16,956 nt of DNA from Promethearchaeota archaeon (GTDB lineage Archaea; Asgardarchaeota; Lokiarchaeia; Sigyniarchaeales; SOKP01). The stretch spans positions 1 to 16,956 of the forward strand of contig JBHLNT010000083.1 of assembly GCA_048941265.1 (NCBI GenBank), given 5' to 3'. Of the stretch, positions 16,736-16,956 are shown piece after piece (the first letter of the stretch is position 1; each line of letters opens with the position of its first letter). The translations under genes were made by a program, and so were the position numbers. The notes beneath the pieces are model-generated. The model saw nothing but the letters and a program-made list of their open reading frames with translations, was not told where the DNA came from and ran no database searches.

Positions 16736-16956
16736 ATGAGTAAAATAGATTACAAAGATTTGGAATTTCCAAGCGATTTTATTTGGGGATCAGCGACTTC
16801 AAGTCATCAAGTTGAAGGTAATAATAAAAATAATCACTGGTGGGTTTGGGAACAAAAAGGTGATAATACTATAGATGGTTCTATATCCGGTAAAGCATGT
16901 GATCAATATAACAAATATAAAGAAGATATTCAATTAATGAAAAAATTAGGACATAA
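16736..16956 (+). CDS. Glycoside hydrolase family 1 (beta-glucosidase/beta-glycosidase), 3'-truncated by the window edge
   Basis: Not in the ORF track. My translation from ATG 16736 is MSKIDYKDLEFPSDFIWGSATSSHQVEGNNKNNHWWVWEQKGDNTIDGSISGKACDQYNKYKEDIQLMKKLGH..., containing the GH1 N-terminal signature FPxxFxWGxATSSHQVEG. The frame is open to the window end. Confidence 0.92.
   Translation, partial: MSKIDYKDLEFPSDFIWGSATSSHQVEGNNKNNHWWVWEQKGDNTIDGSISGKACDQYNKYKEDIQLMKKLGH

Noticed and set aside
16954-16956. Terminal TAA as a premature stop of the GH1 gene
   Set aside because: It is out of frame (…gga cat aa); the gene simply runs off the window.

Overview
AT-rich prokaryotic window with 13 complete and 2 edge-truncated CDSs. 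No rRNA, tRNA, CRISPR array, transposase or integrase is recognisable. The protein styles (cytoplasmic SDS22-like and 23-aa LRR proteins with characteristic caps, a FATP/SLC27-type acyl-CoA synthetase, oligo-T terminators) suggest an archaeon, most plausibly Asgard/Lokiarchaeia; this is inference, not a database result. The left part (1-4598) has two small hypothetical ORFs and two tandem LRR genes. They share an SDS22-type N-terminal solenoid and cap but carry different C-terminal modules: a GC-shifted Trp-rich unknown domain in one, a second 23-aa LRR solenoid in the other. The right part (4783-16956) is a metabolic neighbourhood: G1PDH/AraM-like dehydrogenase, M19 dipeptidase, hypothetical protein, MFS transporter, VOC protein, neutral-ceramidase-family amidohydrolase, CE4 deacetylase, RifK/BtrR-like sugar aminotransferase, FATP-type acyl-CoA synthetase, Gfo/Idh/MocA oxidoreductase and a GH1 beta-glycosidase missed by the ORF track. 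The leading hypothesis is a glycolipid / N-acyl-amino-glycoside (possibly glycosphingolipid-like) catabolic locus. The genes alternate strand, so functional linkage is unproven.
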